A DNA stretch of 63,848 bases, taken from NCBI RefSeq assembly GCF_000142905.1, contig NW_013657668.1, positions 482,644-546,491 on the forward strand, written 5' to 3'. The translations under genes were made by a program, and so were the position numbers. Source of the DNA: Thecamonas trahens ATCC 50062. Lineage: Eukaryota; Protista; Apusomonadida. The notes beneath the pieces are model-generated. The model did no database searches. It was given only the letters and a program-made list of their open reading frames with translations, and was not told where the DNA came from. Of this stretch, positions 22,998-33,537 are shown in pieces. How positions within the stretch are numbered: the stretch's first letter is position 1; each line of letters starts with the position of its first letter.

Positions 22998-23340
22998 AGA
23001 CAGAGCGGCGAGCGGTGACGACGGGTGAGGTGTTTGCAAGCGTGCTGGCATGTGCGCCTACGTGTGTGTGTGTATGCACCGGTTGTGGTGATGTGGCGTG
23101 GGGGGTGCGAGTGTTGACGACACAAATTGTTGGGAGGGTCGCAAGTGGGTGGGGGGTGGGGGGTGAGGAGCTGACATTTTTTCTTCTGTGATGCGGCCGA
23201 ATGCTTCTCTGGGTGGTATGAACGGAGCGGAGTGCCTCGGAGCGGACGGTACGAGAGGTAGCTTGACTCAGGTCATGTCGCTCCACCGACGACAAGTGGC
23301 GGGCAACGAGTTGGGCAGGGACGCGCCACCGGCACCCATT

Positions 23341-24150
23341 ATGGGCGTACCGGGTGCGGCGGCGCGGTATGTGCGGAACGGCGGCGGAGAGGCGACGCAA
23401 AAGTCGGTGCGGCGGACAGCCTTTGCTGAGCTCCGCATCTGGCTGGTCATCGTCGCCATCCTTCATGCGGTACAGGCGATAGTCTTTCTCGCTCGAGGAG
23501 GAATAGCAAGCGTGCCGGTGACTGCGAGCTTTTCCAACGCTGCGCCTGGTCTTCTCGCTATCCCTCAGGCCAAAGTGCTCTTCTCGGTCAATCTCGCCTC
23601 GACAACTGCTTTGTACGTCGGTCTCGAGGCCGCCGGCCTTGCTCTCCTCGCTTCTGTTGGCTTTGACCGTTATTCCACGCAGATCCGTCGTCGAGCCGGC
23701 TCGCTTCGCTGGCTGGCCATGGGTATACCGGCTGTCATCATGTACTTGCTCATCGCCATGATTGCCGGTGTGACGGATCTTGCGGCGCTGCTCATGCTCA
23801 CGTCGTCGATGGTGGCATGCTTTGCGCTCGGTTCTGCAGCAGAGGCCAACGTCCGGACGACTGGCAGTCTTTCTTGGACTTTGTTCGGGTTTGGCTGCTT
23901 TGCCGGCGGCATGCCGTGGCTGGTGATTGTTCTCTATGCCGCCATGGCCGGCGGCGCGTACCCGAGCTTTCTCGTGGCGCTGGTAGCTCTTCAGATGGTC
24001 GCCACGCTTGCCTTTCCGCTCAACTTGGCCATCACCAACTCACGGTTCGGGTGGTCTGCACTCACAGGCGAAGTCATCTTTGTCCTTATCTCGCTCATGG
24101 CCAAGACGCTTCTGGCGTGGATGGTGTTTGGCTTCGCGTCGCTAGAGTAG
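23341..24150 (+). CDS. Heliorhodopsin, divergent at the Schiff-base counterion
   Basis: 269 aa with seven hydrophobic helices and HeR signatures: LHAVQA (TM1), PVT..F..A.PG loop, RY....R...LRW, M..LIA.IAGVTD..AL, LG...E, FGCFAGGMPW, PSF, GE..F..ISLMAKTLLAWMVFG (retinal Lys255). The basic N-terminus fits the inverted topology. Confidence 0.9.
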   Translation: MGVPGAAARYVRNGGGEATQKSVRRTAFAELRIWLVIVAILHAVQAIVFLARGGIASVPVTASFSNAAPGLLAIPQAKVLFSVNLASTTALYVGLEAAGLALLASVGFDRYSTQIRRRAGSLRWLAMGIPAVIMYLLIAMIAGVTDLAALLMLTSSMVACFALGSAAEANVRTTGSLSWTLFGFGCFAGGMPWLVIVLYAAMAGGAYPSFLVALVALQMVATLAFPLNLAITNSRFGWSALTGEVIFVLISLMAKTLLAWMVFGFASLE

Positions 24151-24161
24151 CAGTACCGAGC

Positions 24162-27100
24162 TCAGTTTGACGACGAGGAGCCGACCGAGCCGATGGCGGG
24201 AGCGGGAGCGGGAGCGCTCCCGTTCGACCCGACTATGGATGGCGGCGGCGTGTGCTTGAACAAGCTGGAGTCCATGCCGACACCGGTGATGATGCTGCTG
24301 GAGCAGCCCGAGTCGGCTATGGTGTCGAGAGAGGCAACCTGAGCAGAGGCTTCGTGCCGGTGGCCAAGATCGGCGAGCAGGACGCTCTCGCCATCGCCCA
24401 TCCGGCTTTGCGTTGCCGGGTCGAGGTCGGCGGCGTCATCAAAGCCGTCAGCGTTGGCAAACACGCCCGAGACGTAAAATTCATCTGCCTCGACAGCCTT
24501 CTCGTTGCGGACCATGCGAAGGATGTCAATGGCGTTGCCGAGGACAATGGCGAGGACGTTGACGATGATGCCGACAGCGACGGCGATGCGCCGTGACTCG
24601 CGCTCGTCAAAGGTACCGCCGTAGAGAACGAGGCTGGTGGCGGCGAGGACGATGCCGGCGACCGCATTGTGAAAGCCGGCGGCGTACGGCCGGGCGAGCG
24701 CAAGATGGACGAGTGCGGCGACGAGGATAACAAGCGCGGTGTTGGCCTTGCCCTCGTCGGCAAAGACAAAGGTCATGGCGATGACAACGCCGGCCTTGCG
24801 GGCCATGATTGCCGCCTCGAACCACCATGTGTTGCCGGTGAAACGGCCAACAAGAAAGCCGTACTGGAGCTGAAAGGCCACTGGATCGAGGTGCCGGCGC
24901 TTCTGCCACAAGACGGCGACGACGGCTGCCGGGACGCCGATCCCGTAGCCGGCGACTGCCAGGAGACCCGGGGCAAATAGGCCGCGCCACCACGCGCTGT
25001 TGTAGCAGCTCCGAGCCGGGTCTGCGTCCATGACCCAACGGCGGCTCTCGTCGCGGCGGCAGCCAAAGACGGCAAACGAGGCCCGCGCCAGCGGGAGGTA
25101 GAGCAGGACGAGGATCTGGAAGACAGTGCGGCCGTAGGCACCGACGAGCCGGCGGCCATTGATGGCGGCCAGCAAGCCAAGCCCGGCTTGACGCCCGACG
25201 ACGATTGCGCAAGCGCCGATGCCGACAATGATGGCCGCCAACAGCGGGAGCGCGAGCGTGAGGACCCACTTGAGGACCCAGACGTCGGCGTTGGTGACAA
25301 CGGCGCACTCGGGTGCGGTGAGGCCAAGATCGACGTTCAGCGCCGATGCGAGGTCAAAGTAGAGCTGGGCAAAATCACCCCAGTCGAGGTCGAGCTTACC
25401 GTACAGCGCCGAGATCTGAAGGCCGTTGAGGCCGATCATGGCCGCTGCAAACTTGTACCGCATGCTCTCGGCGAGATTGAAGCCAAGGAGCATCCAGCAG
25501 ACAGCTAGGATGCCGAGGACAAGCAGCGTGATGACGAGCGCGTTCCGCCCGCCGTTACACTTGTGGCACACCGAGCCGAGCCGATAGTACCCACGGTCGC
25601 ACTCGGCGCACAGCCGAGCGGTGTAGCCTGATGAACAGGTGCCATCGCCGGCGCACGCGCGCTCGTTCGGGCACGCCACAAAGAGGGTCGAGCCAGCAGC
25701 GTCCGGGAAGAAGCCCGGTGCCGCGACGGGCGGCTCGAGCTCACCGGCGCACACGCCGCCGCGCGGGCAGAGCTCGCACGCCGTGTCGACAGTCATGCTC
25801 GGGCTCCAGAACCCGGACTTGCAGACGCAGACAGAGCCGGATCCGTCGGTCGACGCGTTGCTCGGCGTCCGGAACGTGTTTTCCGGGCAACTCAGAGTGC
25901 CAGTGCAGCTCGCGAGGCTGCCGTCGCCTGGCGAGGTGGTACCGGACGGGCAGAGCGCGCAGGCAATGACATCAACGCCGTCGATGGTGCGGGCGACGCC
26001 ACCCTCACCCGCTGCGCACCCGCCGACCGTCATGCTCGCACGGAGCGGAGAAACAGGCATGCCGACGGTGGCTCCCGATGCGGCCAGGCGCGCGTCGACG
26101 CCCAGCGCCACGTCGACCGCCAGCGGGATGTTGGTCTCGGCGCCAGCGGTGACGTAGACAGCAGCGGTGGGAGAGGCGACTGCCGTTGTCACCAGTGGGG
26201 TTGTTGCCACGCCGCCGACGAGAGCGGAGCTCTGCGGAGTGTCGTAGCTCAGCACAAGCGTGACGTGCGGCTCGATCAGACTCTGGCCAAACATGTCACG
26301 GCCGCGGATGGCACCTTCGATGGCTTCGCCCGATGGGACAGAAGTCCGCGGAAGGCTGGCCCACTCGAGCGTTGCCAAAGGGCCGGCGATCTTGCCGGCG
26401 CCGGTCTCCACCAGCGCGGACCAGGCGTCGGGCGCAATGCGGAGCCAAGGGAGGCCGACAGACGAGGCCAGGCTCGGCGCAAAGCCGTCAGCGGCGCAGA
26501 CAAAGGCATGCTTAGAGCTGCTTCGCCATGATGCAGCGGCGCCGCGCATAGCAATGGAAGCGCCGCAGGCAAAGACAGCATCGCCAAACAAAGAAGCGCT
26601 GTTGTCGGTGAGGGCAACATCGACGAGCTCGATGCTGGGGATGGCGGTCGGGCCGGCAGAGGCGGCGGCGGCACCACGAGCCATGGGCACGTCCACGCTA
26701 GCGGTGGCGCGCAGCGTCTCGGCGACAAGCTGGGGATCGACGACAGCGATGCCGCCGCCCGAACTGGCGACGTTGTTGGCAAAGATAGCGGACGTGACGG
26801 AGAGTGTGCTGCCGGCGTCGGCAAGGATGCCGCCACCGAGTCCATTGCCGGCTGCGACGTTGGCGGTGATTTGCGGCGCGGCGTCGAGATTGGCGATGGC
26901 CGTCGTACCGACAAAGAGACCACCGCCACCGGTGTTGGCGGCAGTGCAGGCATTGATGAGCGTGTTGGCGTGAGCGCGAAGGTGTGCACTGCCGACGATG
27001 GCCATCCCACCGCCCTGCTCGCCGGCGGTGCAGTGAGCGAGGGTCAGATCGGTAGTGGTGACCCGGGTGCCGGCGCCAGTGGCAAAGAGCGCCCGCCGCG

Positions 27101-29946
27101 GAACGACGCCGAGTTGTGTGTCATGGTAACGGCGGCCAAATCGAGCTCGGCGCCGCCTGATGCGAGCAGTGCACCACCGCGGCCCTCGTGCAGATACTGG
27201 ATGCCCGGGAGGGTACCAGCCGAACTGGCGAGACGGTGAGCGCAGCAAGGCGAAGACGGACGCCTGCGCCATCAGCGCGAATGCCCGGCGAGGCGTAGAG
27301 CGAGCTCCGGCCGGTGGTCATGCCAACAATGTCGATGCCGGAGATCGCGAGATGGCCAAGCGTGTCGATGAGCGGCGAGCTGTGGGGCGTGACCCGAAAG
27401 GTGACACCGCCGCCGGCCGCGGTGCAGTTAATGGCGACACGGCCGGAGGAGGAGAGAGGCGCGAGGGCAACCGGACGCTCGATAAGGATGTGAGTGTCAC
27501 GGCGGCAGTTGACAAAGTCAGCAGATGGCAGAAGGAGTGTCTGCTGCTCGCACCACGAGAGCGCGCCGAGGCTCTCGGTGATGCATGCAAGGGTGTGTGG
27601 CGCGGAGGAGCAAGCAAGCGATGTCGGAGCGTAGGCGACTGCCGGGGCAGAGTAGTTGTGGAACGGGCCGCGGAGATAGCGGGTGAGCATGACGAGCTTG
27701 TCCGAGTACTGAGTACCGACGATGAGATCGCTGTCGCCGTCGGCGTCGATGTCGGCGGCAGTGATGGCAAAGGCACCCGAGCCACTGTACATATCCCGCT
27801 TGGACGACCACGAGACGCCGCTAGCGTAGTTCTCGAACCAGGAGAAAACGTTCTCATCAAAGATGGCGACGGCGATGTCGAGGTCGCCGTCGAGATCAAA
27901 GTCGGCGACGGTGACAGAGGCGATGCCAGCAAGGTCCACACCTGAGGCAATGGTGTTCGTGGTGGTAAAGGTTCCGGCGCTGTCCGAGTTTTCGCGCCAG
28001 ACAACCGCAGCAGAGAGCGAAGCAACAATGACAACGTCAATGTCACCGTCAGCATCCATGTCTGCCGGCTGCACGTCGACGGGACGATTGAGAGTGGTCT
28101 CAACGGGCTGGGCAGGGCCGAAAGAGCCATCGCCAACGCCGGCGTGCCACTCGACCTTGTCGCTGCCACGGCAGGCGACGATGACGTCAAACTCGGAGTC
28201 GTCGTTGAGGTCTGCGACGGCGACCGAGGCGGCGCCGGCGCAGGCAGCGTTGACGACAACCGGGGATGCAAACGAGCCGCGGCCATCGGTGTTGGAGAGG
28301 TACACGATCGAGTCGTCGTCGACGGCGGCGTAGATGATGTCGATGGAGCCCGAGTGGTCAAAGTCAAGGGCGCGGAGGGCAAATGCGCCGGGATGGGTGG
28401 TGGTGATGACTTGTTGCGGGCCAAACGAGCCGCGACCATCGAGGTTCTCGTACCAGGCAACCTTTGAGTCGCGCTCTGAGACCGAGACGAGATCAAGGTC
28501 GCCGTCGTTGTCGATGTCGGCAGCAGCGGCGGCAGTAACGCCATCGGCAACGGTGGTAATAGTGCGTGGGTCGGCAAAGTCGGCGGCGCCGTTGGTGTTG
28601 CTCACCCAGCGGATGGAGTCGTCGCCGTAGTTGACGTAGACGACGTCGAGGTCACCGTCAGCATCGATGTCTGCGACAGTGATGTGACGGATGCCGTCGG
28701 CGGTAGAGGTGATGGTGATGTCGGACGACCACGTCGAGCTCGGCGGAGTGTTGCGGAACCAGGCAACGGGGCCTGTGCCAGCGGCGCTGGAGGCGATGAT
28801 GTCACGGCGGCCATCACCGTCGATGTCTGCGACTGCGAGCGCAGACGGGTCGGTAAAGTCGACAGCAAGCCTCTGGGCAGGGCCAAAGCCGCGAGCAGGC
28901 GAGACGTTCTCGGCCCAGTAGAGCATGTTGGCGTAGACGGCCGAGGCGACAAGGTCAAGGTCTCCGTCCGAGTCGACGTCGACGGCGATGACCGAGCGGG
29001 CACCGTTGAGCGCGGTAGAGACGACAATCTGCGGTGAGAAGGTGCCGGCACCGTCGACGCCGCGAGCCCACGCGAGTTTGTCATCAGCGAGCGAGACGGC
29101 GGCAATGTCGAGAATGCCGTCCGAGTCCAGGTCTGCGAGGACAACGTCCGAGACGTCATCGGTTGCGGTCATGGCGATGCGGCGCGACGAAAAGGTGCCA
29201 TTGATGGCCACATGATTGGCGTACCACACAACGACGTCTTCAAACGCCGGTGTGGCGGCGACGTCGAGTCGACCGTCGCCGTTGATGTCACCAAGGGCGA
29301 CGGCGCGGACGCCATTGAGGCTGCCACTGTCGATGACGAGAGGAAGCGCAAAGGTGCCGGTACCATTGTTAGCGATCCACACAATTTGCTGAGCATTCTC
29401 GACCGCAGCAACCACGTCGTTGCTTCCGTCACCGTTGACGTCACCGACGGCGACGGCGGCGACGGCGTCGAGATTGTCAGCCACGAGCTGGGGGGCGGCA
29501 AAGGAGCCAGCCGAGTCGATGTTGCGTATCCAGACGACGGACGAGTTGCCAGCTGAAGCCGCGACGAGATCCCAATGGGCATCGGCGTCGATGAGGGCTG
29601 TTGTCAGATGAGCGATGCCATTGACAAACTCGCTCGCGATGACGGTGGGAGGGGCAAAGGTAGCAGAGCCATCGTTCGTGACGAGAACAATGGTAGCCGA
29701 GGAAGCACATCCGATGACGACATCCCAGCCTCTCGCCAATCGCAACTTGTCCGAGACAATCATAGCGCTTGCAGAGTCCGATGGCCCACATGAGAAGATG
29801 GTAGAGTCGGAGAGGAGGCGCTCTGTTCGGCACTGAGCAATGTCCGGCCGAGCCGGAGTGCCGCTGGCCAGCGGGAGGAGGGTGAGGGTGAGGATGAGGG
29901 AGAGGGAGAGGAGGGGCACGAGGAAGTGGGGGCGGGGAGGGTGCAT
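24162..29946 (-). CDS. Large modular surface protein of about 1930 aa: signal peptide, FG-GAP/VCBS propeller repeats, Pmp-like GG[A/G][I/L] beta-helix, Cys-rich region, multi-TM C-terminal module; two one-base frameshifts
   Basis: Many ADxDGDGDxD repeats. A third-frame bridge (...HEGRGGALLASGGAELDLAAVTMTHNSASFRGG) links the 941-aa and 1036-aa ORFs with shifts near 27230 and 27093. Also FANNVASSGGGI, CSSGYTARLCAECDRGYY, FGC...MDADP..SCY, YGFLV..F....WWFE....RK. Confidence 0.78.
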
Positions 29947-30117
29947 TGTGGACGGAGAGAGGTGTGACGGTGACGATGCTAGTGGTTGTGGCGGCTGTGG
30001 CGGCTGTAGCAGTGGCTCAGCTGTGGTATGGTCGGTCCAATTTGGGACGTGGGTGATCGAATTTGGGCAATTTTTGTGTGAGGCACGTGTGCGTGGGAGG
30101 GGGGGGGGGGGGGGGGG

Positions 30118-31114
30118 TCATGTGCGCGAGGCCCAGGTCGGGGTGAGGAGAGCGCCGGCGTGAGTCCAGAATGGGTCGTGGGCGTGATGATCCTTGGGGG
30201 CATCGATCGGGGCGAGCGGACGAGCGCGCTTGAGCGGGCGGGTGTAGTCGTGGCGGTCATCAACGGGCAGGGGAGGCGTGGCGGAGAGGCCCGGGCGGAG
30301 CGAGACCGGCGGGAAAGGGCCGTCCGAGTCGGTGGAGAGGGTCGGCGAGACGATAGTGCCAAAGATCAGATCGAGGGTCTCGTTGTGGAGGCGGGTGGCA
30401 ATGGGCTGCTGCGGCGCGGCGAGGTCCATGGGCGCAGGGGCGACTGGGACCGAGGCCTGCGGGGCCATGGCGGCGGTAAAGCCCGGCGGGAGGACGGCGC
30501 GAAGGTTGTCGATAGCGGCGGCGAGGGCGGCATGCTGGTTGCGCGCGGCATCAACCTGGTCGCGAAGAGCCTCGGCAGTGGCGTCGAGGTCGGCGACGCG
30601 GCGCTCCATGTCGGCCTGGCGCATGGCCATCGAGTCGATGGCGTGCTCGTACTCGTCGCGGGTACGCTTGAGCGACTCGACCTCAACGCGCAGGTCAGTG
30701 ACGCGAGCGGCATCCGAGGTTGCAGGCGGGTTGCCGGTGGCGGCGATGCGAGCGGCGCGGGTCAGCTGGCCGCGGCGACGCTTCTGCGGCTTGCGCTTGA
30801 TGCGATGGATGAGCTCGGGGGCTCGCGGAGAAAGTAGTCGTGAGCAAAGGTGCAGGGGCCCAAGGCGTTGGCCGGGCCGGCAACCTTGGAGAACGAAAGT
30901 TGTTGAGCTGGCGGACAAACGACTTGAACTTGGCATGGTTAAAGTGTCGCGGCAGGACGTTGGCGGCAAAGGCCGGCGGGTCGAGGATGGTGAAATGGGC
31001 GCCGTCGGCGCGCCATACGACCGCATCGGTCTCGGTATCGACGATGGTCCGCAGAGAGCGGAGAAACGGCGGGAGGAGGTCAGCATCGGCCAGGCCACCG
31101 GCAGCAAGAGCCAT
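30118..31114 (-). CDS. HSF: Heat-shock transcription factor (HSF DNA-binding domain plus coiled coil); two one-base frameshifts
   Basis: PPFLRSL, VVWRADGAHFTILDP..FAANVLPRHFNHAKFKSFVRQLN. With shifts near 30897 and 30819 it continues FSKV...FAHDYFLR..PELIHRIKRK, followed by a heptad region. Confidence 0.85.
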
Positions 31115-32257
31115 AGTGGGCAGAGCGGTCGATGCAGAAGCAGCTAGAGGCTATGTCTTGGTGCAAGTGGTTTTGAGCCGATTCACGAACGTCTCAGCGG
31201 TGGTAAAGATTGTCGTTGTTGTTGTTGTCACACCTTTGGGCATCAAATGGATTTCCTTGCGCGCTAACGAGGAGGGCAAAGGGTGTGTAGGTTAAGGATG
31301 AGAAGGAGGAGGGAGGAGGACGATGACGATGGTCACAACAGCCAAGATACAGGTATGTATCTGTTCGAGCCTTTGGTGCAAAAAGATGGAGTCGGTCACC
31401 AAGCGAGTCTTTTTGTCAACGAGCAACCTTCTATTCCTTCGATGGAAGCGAATGAGAAACTTCGAACGCCTTCGACGGACCTTCCAATGGAAGCTCAAAG
31501 CCCAACACGCAGGTCAAGCAAGTCGCCAGCCAACCACTCGATCACACACGGGATCGGTAGCTGTAATGCCGTGCAAAGAGGTTGTCACAGGAGAGAATGC
31601 CTGTGCTGGTGGTTGCGTATGGAGGGGATGTGTCTGGAACGCTTAGTGTCGACTGCTCTGCTTGGAGCGAGACGGGTGCAGAGACGAGCGGCCAGCGACG
31701 AGCGGCGAGCGGGCGAGCGGTGAACGAGAGCCACGGCTGAACCAGAGGCCGGTTGCGACGACATGAACATGCTGCAGCGGTGTACATGGCCTCATCACAC
31801 AGCCGCCATCCACTCGCAGCGGCTGATCAGGCATATGGGCTTGATGCCTCCCCCTGATGACCGATCACGTGCTCACCTTTGGCCTCATCATGTGCGCGCG
31901 TGGACAAGATCATTGTACTGATGGCGCTGGAGATGGTGGATGAGACGATAACTGTAGCGATAGAGCACAGTTGACATTGTCATGCCAGCAGCAACCTCAG
32001 CAGGTTGTTGCCGACCTTAACCTGCTTGACGAGGCGGTGGAGCGGCGGTGCGCCATTGTTCGCCACATAGGCGACGATAGCAGCGGATGTGACAGACTCG
32101 GACGGGTAACCGACCACACTCGACACTGGCCACCTGTAGCATGCTCGGTGGTATACAAAGTGTAGTAGGCAGTCTCCGACAGCCGGGAATGGCTATGGCT
32201 GTGGCGGCCGTCAGCGTCGGCTGCTGCTTGTTGACAACCACCTCTCTCGTGACTAAC

Positions 32258-33285
32258 ATGGGTTCGCGTCAGTCTGTACCGGATGCCGAGTCGATCTATG
32301 ACTTTACAGTCAAGGACATCCATGGAGAAGAGATCTCCCTTGCTACATACAAGGATACTGTTCTCCTCATCACTAACGTGGCCTCAAAGTGAGGCCTTAC
32401 GGATGCTCGATACACCCAGCTGGTCACCTTGCACGAGAAGCTCCGCGACCGCAACTTCAACATTCTTGCATTCCCCTGCAACGTACGCATCCGTAGCTGA
32501 TCAGCGGGGTGATGATGGTGATGGTTGGGATGGTTGGGATGGTTGGGATGATGGGAATGATGGGGGTGATGGTGGTAGCGGGCATGGGTATGGGCTAGCT
32601 GTCTGTGGTGGTTGTACTCTTCTGCTCATCGGACTCACTATTGTCAATATTCGGTGGCTTGGTCATCCGGCTGCGCACTCTGTTCCGCAAAAACTCCGCA
32701 CCCGGTCGATCGCTTGCTACGTGGCCCGTGACGAACTTTGATGGTTTTGGGGTCGTGTCTCAACTGCTGGCCGAACACCAAACACCTCGTTGTGCCTTGG
32801 ATGATCATCGATGTCACCTCTCACTGACTCTGCTCCACAACTGCCTCCGTACCCGGTCGATCGCTTGCTTCGTGGCGCGTGACGAACGAACGTCAATGGT
32901 GTGGGATGCCTCCGGTCGATTGTCGATGGCTTGGGATGGCGCCTTAACTGCACTACACTCTGCTCGACAGCAATTCGGCGGACAAGAACCCGGCACCAAC
33001 GAAGAGATCCTCGAGTTTGTGGCGCGGTACAACGTCCAGTTCCCGCTCTTTGACAAGATTGACGTCAACGGTAGCAACGCCGCCCCGCTGTACCGCTATC
33101 TCAAGGCGCAGTCGTCGACGCTGTTTATGACCCGTGTCAAGTGGAACTTTGAGACCTTTGTCGTCGACGCAGACGGCCACGTCGTCTCGCGCCATCTGCC
33201 CACCGTCTCACCGCTCTCACTCGAGGACGACATCGTTCGCCTCCTTGACGAGCGCGACGCCCGCGACACCGCCGACAACAACTAG
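32258..33285 (+). CDS. GPX: Selenocysteine-containing glutathione peroxidase (GPx4/PHGPx-like); two exons, 32258-32482 and 32971-33285
   Basis: SIYDFTVKDIHG, ITNVASK-TGA(32390)-GLT with TGA at the catalytic position, ILAFPCN|QFGGQEPG joined by a phase-0 GT..AG intron (32483-32970), FDKIDVNG, PLYRYLK, VKWNF. Possible upstream ATG at 32189. Confidence 0.93.
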
Positions 33286-33319
33286 CCTGATCTCCCTTTC
33301 CGGCCGACGATGACACCTC

Positions 33320-33392
33320 TACGTCCCTGACGCACGCTCTGGCAACCCGCGACGCCTCGCCGCCGCGGCCCGAGCCGTGCCGAGCCACCGCT
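33320..33392 (+). promoter_or_regulatory. Candidate SECIS element in the GPx 3' UTR
   Basis: UGAC (33328-33331) opposite CGAG (33381-33384). A 12-nt helix II GCACGCUCUGGC pairs with GCCCGAGCCGUGC (one bulge, one mismatch). AA at 33344-33345, plus an apical ministem. Confidence 0.72.
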
Positions 33393-33537
33393 GCCGACTC
33401 TCGTGTCGGGCACAAGATGTGCCCGATCGGCAGCCCGAAGAAGCGCCATCCGTCCCCCCCCCCCCCCCCCCTCCACCAAAGCCCACCACCAGCCACCTCA
33501 CCTCCCCCCCCCCCCCCCCCCAGCGCGCCCCTGGCCC

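Noticed and set aside
31120-32140. Short ORFs between HSF and GPx
   Set aside because: Atypical codon usage and no recognisable homology. This is more likely UTR or promoter sequence.
32390-32392. Genome-wide UGA reassignment
   Set aside because: TGA is the normal stop in many genes here. Readthrough is needed only at the GPx catalytic site.
33390-33434. Strong hairpin TCGGGCACA-AGA-TGTGCCCGA as the SECIS or a terminator
   Set aside because: It lacks the UGAN/NGAN quartet, the upstream hairpin fits SECIS geometry much better, and intrinsic terminators do not apply to a eukaryotic nuclear gene.
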